Positions 26,754 through 32,000 of a stretch of DNA of 32,000 nucleotides are shown one piece after another. This stretch comes from Planctopirus limnophila DSM 3776 (GTDB lineage: Bacteria; Planctomycetota; Planctomycetia; Planctomycetales; Planctomycetaceae): the NCBI RefSeq assembly GCF_000092105.1, contig NC_014148.1:1770001-1802000 (forward strand), written 5' to 3'. Both the position numbers and the translations under genes were made by a program. Under the pieces are notes generated by a model that was not told where the DNA came from, searched no databases, and saw only the letters and a list, made by a program, of their open reading frames with translations. The first letter of the stretch is position 1, and every line of letters begins with the position of its first letter.

Positions 26754-29033
26754 TCACTGCATCAACTTTTTCTGTAATTCCATGACTGTGAGTCGTTCTG
26801 CATCATTTTCCGGCAGTAACTTCAAATATCGATCGACGAGTTGCCGCGCAGCGATCGTGTCACCAGATGCGAGAAACACCTGCGCTAATCTCAGCAACGT
26901 AGGCAGCCCGCCAGTTTTAAGTTGTGACCCCGCTCCAGGTGCAGCCAATGCCTGATTTACAATCAGCCTGGCCAAAGCAGCATCCTGCTCTGCAGGAATC
27001 TCTCCATGGGTCAGTTGCCATGCATACTCCTCAACGATTGAAAGTTCGAGCGGGAGCTTCTGATGGGCGAGCCGCATCGTCTCCAGTGATCTGCCGGGCT
27101 GGCCATGCTGCAAGTACCACTGAGCAAGATTCTTCCAACCTTCGGCCATGAGAGGCGATTTCTGAGTGGCCATCTGAAACGCTTCCAGTGCCTCCCCGGG
27201 TCTGTTGACTTGCATCAGACAAATCCCCAGATCCGACCACGACTGCCCATTCAATGGTTCAATCGCCGTCGCTTTGCGAAGTTGCGACTCGGCCTCTGAA
27301 AACTTGCCTTGCCGGATCAGGAACGCACCGTAATCGCCCGCCAGCGAAGTATCTTCTGGAAAGCGTGCGACTCCCTCCGCAAAGGTCTTCTCAGCTCGAC
27401 TCGGCTCATTGAGACCCAGGAACATCATGGCCATCAAGCGATGGAACTCAGCATGTGGGTCAAGACGTTTGTTGAGTTCGTCGCACTTATCACGGACGTC
27501 CGAAAACTGCTGAAGCCGGATCTTCGCTGTCATCCAGTTGAGCAGATTCGTGTCCAGGATGGGATCCTGCCGGTAAGCTTCTTCAATATGCACCAGAGCG
27601 ATCTGAATGTCACCTCTTTGCAGCAACAATTTTCCCAGATTGGCCTGTGCGACAGTCGCATTCGGATTGGCTTGGACGGTCGCATTCCACAATGTCCAGA
27701 CATCCTTGTAGATCTCGGTCTGCGAACGGGAAATGAACGCGAGTAACATCACGATCAATCCCATCCCCAGCAGGGGCACGACGCTCGGCCATTGGAAGCG
27801 TCTCGCAGCTGCTTGCCAGGCAAGTGTTAAGCCGGCACCTCCCAAAGCCATGATCCCTAAGCTCGCCAGATAGGCGAAGTGATCGGCAACATAAGAGAAT
27901 CTCATGGGGTAAACATTGAAAAAGCCTAGCGCCGGAAACAGCGTGCCAATAAAGTACGCAATTCCGACAAACGTTCCTCGGCCAAGTTGTCTTCTAAAAA
28001 GTAACGTGCCGAGCAAAACTCCCAGCGTGGCCACAGGGTACAGCCATTGAAGGGGCTGGGAGGCATCGATGGACCACTTGGGGTAAATGAAAATCAGCGT
28101 TTGCGGCCACACAATCTGAAATGCATAGAACCAGGGAATTCGGCCTGCGAGGACAAGTCGATCCCAGAAACTCAAAGGCACATATTCGAACGTTGCGCCC
28201 ACATGGGTCACTTCCAGATAAGCCGTGAGTATGCCCATGGAAATCCCCAGCACAAAGAACGGTGCAGTAACTTTCACATCCCGCCAGGTCAGCCTGCCGC
28301 GAACTCCCCACGCCACGAGCAGTGCTGCGGCAGGAAGTGTGCATGTCACCGTCTTGCTGAGCAATGCTGCCAGAAACAGGACCAGAGCCAGCATCCATTT
28401 CTTCCAGAAAGATTCGACTCCAGAATCGATCGGCACTTGTTGTCGCGTGACGTCCTTTTTCTTGGGAAGCACCCCCAGGCACTCAAGCAGTGGTGTTGCT
28501 GCTAGGAAATAGAACAGTCCCGAAAGCACATTCTTCCGTTCGGTGATCCAGGCCACCGATTCTACATGCAGCGGATGGACAGCAAAGAGTAACGCAATCA
28601 ACCAAGCACCCGGTACTTGCAAACGAACCAGCAGGCGGCCAATCAGAACACTGGTGATGGCATGGAGGAAAATGTTCGTTGCGTGGTAGCCGACTGGCCA
28701 TAAACCCCACAGGTGGTACTCGATCCAGAAGGTTGTGTGAACCAGCGGATAGTACTGTGGTGTACTCTCGGGACTGCTCCAGATGAGCCACAACCCCTGC
28801 CATGTTCGCAAAGTCTTGTTCTGTTCAACATAAGCGTCATCATCCCAGATGTAGCCGCAAGCCAACCCCTGGCCATGAGCGAAAATCGTCGCAACAACTA
28901 TGAGTAGCACCCATACCCAGAGGCGATAACTGCTTTGAACATCACCGGCCAGGCTGCCCGATGGTTCAGATGATGTTCTAGGTAGCTCTAGAGAACTCTT
29001 GCGCGTATCAAAGGTTTCACGAGTCAAAGTCAT
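26754..29033 (-). CDS. GT-C-fold membrane glycosyltransferase-like protein with C-terminal TPR repeats (TMTC / protein O-mannosyltransferase-like)
   Basis: The N-terminal ~450 aa have about 10 or more TM segments. The first-loop motif is GYIWDDDAYVEQNKTL, and WGLWPVGYHATNIFLHA is typical of DUF1736/TMTC-like proteins. The C-terminal ~300 aa are TPR-like repeats. Confidence 0.8.
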   Translation of the reverse strand: MTLTRETFDTRKSSLELPRTSSEPSGSLAGDVQSSYRLWVWVLLIVVATIFAHGQGLACGYIWDDDAYVEQNKTLRTWQGLWLIWSSPESTPQYYPLVHTTFWIEYHLWGLWPVGYHATNIFLHAITSVLIGRLLVRLQVPGAWLIALLFAVHPLHVESVAWITERKNVLSGLFYFLAATPLLECLGVLPKKKDVTRQQVPIDSGVESFWKKWMLALVLFLAALLSKTVTCTLPAAALLVAWGVRGRLTWRDVKVTAPFFVLGISMGILTAYLEVTHVGATFEYVPLSFWDRLVLAGRIPWFYAFQIVWPQTLIFIYPKWSIDASQPLQWLYPVATLGVLLGTLLFRRQLGRGTFVGIAYFIGTLFPALGFFNVYPMRFSYVADHFAYLASLGIMALGGAGLTLAWQAAARRFQWPSVVPLLGMGLIVMLLAFISRSQTEIYKDVWTLWNATVQANPNATVAQANLGKLLLQRGDIQIALVHIEEAYRQDPILDTNLLNWMTAKIRLQQFSDVRDKCDELNKRLDPHAEFHRLMAMMFLGLNEPSRAEKTFAEGVARFPEDTSLAGDYGAFLIRQGKFSEAESQLRKATAIEPLNGQSWSDLGICLMQVNRPGEALEAFQMATQKSPLMAEGWKNLAQWYLQHGQPGRSLETMRLAHQKLPLELSIVEEYAWQLTHGEIPAEQDAALARLIVNQALAAPGAGSQLKTGGLPTLLRLAQVFLASGDTIAARQLVDRYLKLLPENDAERLTVMELQKKLMQ

Positions 29034-29448
29034 CAGATTTCAATCGCATCTTTCCAGTATGATCCAGGCCACACAGGCTGCCGCACATCTGCTTGAAATC
29101 GGGTGATTCTTGAATTCCCTGATGTGCTTTGCCTGGGAAGAGTAGAACTCTGATCTGTGAAGAAATGATGAGAAACCCGTCCTGGCGTTCATTTGATAGC
29201 ACAGAAAACCTGTTGATTGTCACACGCCAAGGCATTTTGGCTGTGGTCATCATTTGGGCATCAGTTTCAGTCGGCAGTTTGCATTCCCAAAATGGCGTTT
29301 TCACTCAGTTTTGAAGATGTCATCTGATTTTCGATGGTTTTCTGGTACGCTTCACGCGGTAAGATTTGCCTGCTGAATGCATGAAGTGTAAACCTCATGG
29401 ATTCATGGGTGGCTGACAGATAAAAAATCAACGAAGGAAACTGGTTTC

Positions 29449-31095
29449 ATGGGTCTGCATCAATTGGCTGGCAAGAAAGCCCCCACTGAAATTCTTGTCG
29501 ATATTGACCGCCTCTTGCAGGATTACCATGACCGCCAGCCTGACTTAAGCGATCCTGCCCAGCGGGTCTCCTTTGGAACCAGTGGACATCGGGGAACTTC
29601 CCGAAACGGATCGTTCACCGATGCACACATCGCTGCAATCACTCAAGCGATCGTCGAATATCGGACGGCTCAAGGAGTCACGGGCCCGCTTTATATGGGC
29701 CGCGATACACATGCCCTCTCGACACCCGCACAATTGACGGCCATCGAAGTCCTCGCCGCCAATGGCGCCACGACGGTCATTCACGCCAAGAATCGTGCCA
29801 CTCCCACGCCAGTCATTTCCCATGCGATTCTCACTCAGAATCGTGGGCGAAGTTCCGGTCTGGCGGATGGTGTCGTCATCACGCCATCCCACAATCCTCC
29901 CGAAGATGGTGGCTTCAAGTACAACGGAACTAATGGCGGACCTGCAGATACCGATGCGACCTCTGTCATTCAGGATCGGGCAAATGAGATTCTTTCCAGT
30001 GGCCTCAAAGCCGTAAAGCGGATCTCTTTATCATCCGCCATGGCGTCTGGTCATGTGACTGAAGTCGATCTCATCACTCCCTATGTCAACGATCTGGGGA
30101 GCATCATTTATATGGACGTCATTCAGAAAAGCGGCCTCTCGATTGGTGTCGATCCCCTGGGAGGATCATCGCACGATTACTGGGCTCCAGTCGCGGAAAA
30201 GTACGGCCTGAATCTGCAGGTGGTGAATCCCATCATCGATCCGCAATTTGCCTTCATGACGGTCGATCATGATGGAAAAATCCGTATGGATTGCTCCAGC
30301 CCCTGGGCCATGGCCAGCCTCGTTTCGTTGAAGGACAAATTTGGCATTGCCTTCGCCAACGATCCCGATGCGGACCGCCACGGCATTGTCACACCGACGG
30401 GTGGACTGATGAACCCCAACAGCTACCTCGCCGTTTGTATCCAGTACCTCTTTAAGCATCGCCAGAACTGGAAGTCCACAGCGGGTGTCGGAAAAACACT
30501 TGTTTCCAGTGCGATGATCGACCGTGTCGCGCATGCTCTGGGACGCAAACTCGTCGAAGTCCCTGTCGGTTTCAAGTGGTTCGTCAGTGGACTTTTCGAT
30601 GGCTCCCTCGGTTTTGGTGGTGAAGAAAGTGCCGGTGCCAGTTTCCTGCGAAAAGATGGTTCGGTCTGGTCGACCGATAAAGATGGTCTGATTCTCGGTT
30701 TACTGGCCGCAGAAATCACCGCCACGACTGGCAAAGATCCGAGTCAGCATTTTGCCGAACTGGCGGCGAAATTTGGCTTGCCCGAATATACACGCATCGA
30801 TCAACCAGCGACGCTCGAACAGAAGTCGATCCTCAAGAAACTCTCTCCCGAGGATGTACAGGCCACGACATTGGCTGGCGATCTCATCACGCAGCGTTTG
30901 ACTTCCGCACCTGGTAATCATGCTGCGATCGGTGGCCTGAAAGTCGCGACTGATTTCGGCTGGTTTGCCGCCCGCCCATCCGGTACAGAGAACGTCTACA
31001 AGATTTACGCCGAGAGCTTTCGCGACAAGCAACATCTCGATCGAATTGTCAGCGAAGCCCGCGAGATTGTCTCGGCTGCCTTGGCCAAGGCATAA
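29449..31095 (+). CDS. pgm: phosphoglucomutase, alpha-D-glucose phosphate-specific
   Basis: It has FGTSGHRG, the active-site [15 protein letters not shown], the Mg site [18 protein letters not shown] and [15 protein letters not shown]. The length of 548 aa is typical of Pgm. Confidence 0.92.
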   Translation: MGLHQLAGKKAPTEILVDIDRLLQDYHDRQPDLSDPAQRVSFGTSGHRGTSRNGSFTDAHIAAITQAIVEYRTAQGVTGPLYMGRDTHALSTPAQLTAIEVLAANGATTVIHAKNRATPTPVISHAILTQNRGRSSGLADGVVITPSHNPPEDGGFKYNGTNGGPADTDATSVIQDRANEILSSGLKAVKRISLSSAMASGHVTEVDLITPYVNDLGSIIYMDVIQKSGLSIGVDPLGGSSHDYWAPVAEKYGLNLQVVNPIIDPQFAFMTVDHDGKIRMDCSSPWAMASLVSLKDKFGIAFANDPDADRHGIVTPTGGLMNPNSYLAVCIQYLFKHRQNWKSTAGVGKTLVSSAMIDRVAHALGRKLVEVPVGFKWFVSGLFDGSLGFGGEESAGASFLRKDGSVWSTDKDGLILGLLAAEITATTGKDPSQHFAELAAKFGLPEYTRIDQPATLEQKSILKKLSPEDVQATTLAGDLITQRLTSAPGNHAAIGGLKVATDFGWFAARPSGTENVYKIYAESFRDKQHLDRIVSEAREIVSAALAKA

Positions 31096-31104
31096 AACGT
31101 GGGC

Positions 31105-31124
31105 ACTTGTCATTCGTGACGAGT
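31105..31124 (+). terminator. hairpin with UUCG tetraloop (ACTTGTCA-ttcg-TGACGAGT) 10 nt after the pgm stop
   Basis: It is an 8-bp stem including one G-U pair. There is no T-tract, so it may be a stabiliser or processing element rather than an intrinsic terminator. Confidence 0.3.
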
Positions 31125-31234
31125 TGTAAGTTCGATGGATTCGAATCAGCCCTGCCAGTCAGATATCACATGGACAGTTCAATCCGTCTGGTGAATGGGC
31201 ACTGTCTAATAAGTTTTTGAGGAACTACTGATTC

Positions 31235-32000
31235 ATGGATCGTGCGAGTGGTGTGCTGCTGCATCCGACATCATTTCCCAGTCGTTTTGGTACGGGAGAT
31301 CTCGGTCATGAGGCCTATCAGTTTGTCGATTGGCTGGCTGCTGCCGGCCAATCGTACTGGCAGGTCCTCCCACTGAATCCTGTCGATGCCGGTTATTCTC
31401 CTTATCAAAGTCCCTCTTCGTTTGCTGGCAATCCGCTGCTCATCAGCCTGGAAAAGCTGGTTGACGACGAACTTCTCACGCGAGAGGAACTCGATCAGGC
31501 AGCGATTGCCGGCGCCGATGGGAGTGGCAGTGCCAGCTTTGAACTGGCCTTCGAGCGGAAAATGCCATTGCTGCACCGCGCTGCGGAACGGTTTCATCAG
31601 CTTCATGAAGACCACGAACTTCGAGTGGCATTTCGAACATTCTGCAGTGCGCAAGCAGGCTGGCTCGATCAGATGGCCTTGTTTGAAGCCCTGAAAGGTG
31701 CCAATGCAGGCCGCCCCTGGACGACCTGGACACATCTCGTCGATCATTGGCATTACCCTGGGCCCGAAGCCATCACGGTTCTTCAAGAGCCCATCTTCGT
31801 GGCCAAGTTCCAGCAGTTCATGTTCTTCAGGCAGTGGAACGAATTGCGTGCCTATGCCCGAAATAGAGGCATTCTCATCATTGGCGATGTCCCAATTTAT
31901 GTCGCTCACGACAGTGCCGACGTCTGGTCGAATCGTCGCTTCTTTCAACTCAACGAAGCCGGGCAGGCTCTGCAGGTCGCGGGCGTACCTCCGGACTACT
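31235..32000 (+). CDS. malQ: 4-alpha-glucanotransferase (amylomaltase, GH77), 5' part; continues past the window end
   Basis: It is absent from the ORF track because there is no stop in the window. My own translation from ATG 31235 reads MDRASGVLLHPTSFPSRFGTGDLGHEAYQFVDWLAAAGQSYWQVLPLNPV...SPYQSPSSFAGNPLLIS...GILIIGDVPIYVAHDSADVW...VAGVPPDY, which is classic MalQ. The frame is open to nt 32000. Confidence 0.9.
   Translation, partial: MDRASGVLLHPTSFPSRFGTGDLGHEAYQFVDWLAAAGQSYWQVLPLNPVDAGYSPYQSPSSFAGNPLLISLEKLVDDELLTREELDQAAIAGADGSGSASFELAFERKMPLLHRAAERFHQLHEDHELRVAFRTFCSAQAGWLDQMALFEALKGANAGRPWTTWTHLVDHWHYPGPEAITVLQEPIFVAKFQQFMFFRQWNELRAYARNRGILIIGDVPIYVAHDSADVWSNRRFFQLNEAGQALQVAGVPPDY

Noticed and set aside
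1-32000. A window-wide search for CRISPR arrays, tandem repeats, IS/transposase or integrase genes, tRNA/rRNA genes, prophage genes and toxin-antitoxin-like pairs.
   Set aside because: I found no regularly spaced repeats, recombinase motifs, tRNA-like cloverleaf or T-loop sequences, or small adjacent gene pairs of TA type. The window looks like core chromosome rather than an accessory island.

Overview
This is a gene-dense, two-strand chromosomal segment with about 24 protein-coding genes, almost all housekeeping or envelope functions. I saw no rRNA, tRNA, CRISPR array, transposase, integrase, phage gene or long repeat. The gene content suggests a Planctomycetota-type genome; this is inference only. 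The supporting features are a giant signal-peptide protein with a beta-propeller/dehydrogenase-like N-terminus, HEAT-like middle and single C-terminal CxxCH, a TMTC-like GT-C/TPR membrane protein, a solitary flhB, and many secreted proteins of unknown function.

Recognisable genes are:
- ROK sugar kinase, FlhB, a STAS protein and a KtrA/TrkA-like RCK protein
- aspartate ammonia-lyase and an orphan ABC ATPase
- a GH16 beta-glucanase, a YfcE-type metallophosphoesterase and a FIST protein
- SppA and a YejA/YejB/YejE-like peptide ABC importer with no ATPase gene
- the AHAS large subunit, phosphoglucomutase and the 5' part of malQ

Many ORF-track starts are TTG or GTG codons upstream of better ATG starts, so I trimmed several. 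I do not see a clear self-contained novel system such as a defence island, toxin module or mobile element. The best leads are modest:
1. An isolated flhB with an NPTE variant of the NPTH autocleavage motif, sitting between an orphan RCK gene and a STAS gene.
2. A same-strand cluster of secreted unknown, FIST, phosphoesterase and GH16 genes.
3. Unusual domain insertions in the SBP and YejE-like permease of the ATPase-less importer.
4. Long structured non-coding regions at 12664-13248 and 20823-21216.
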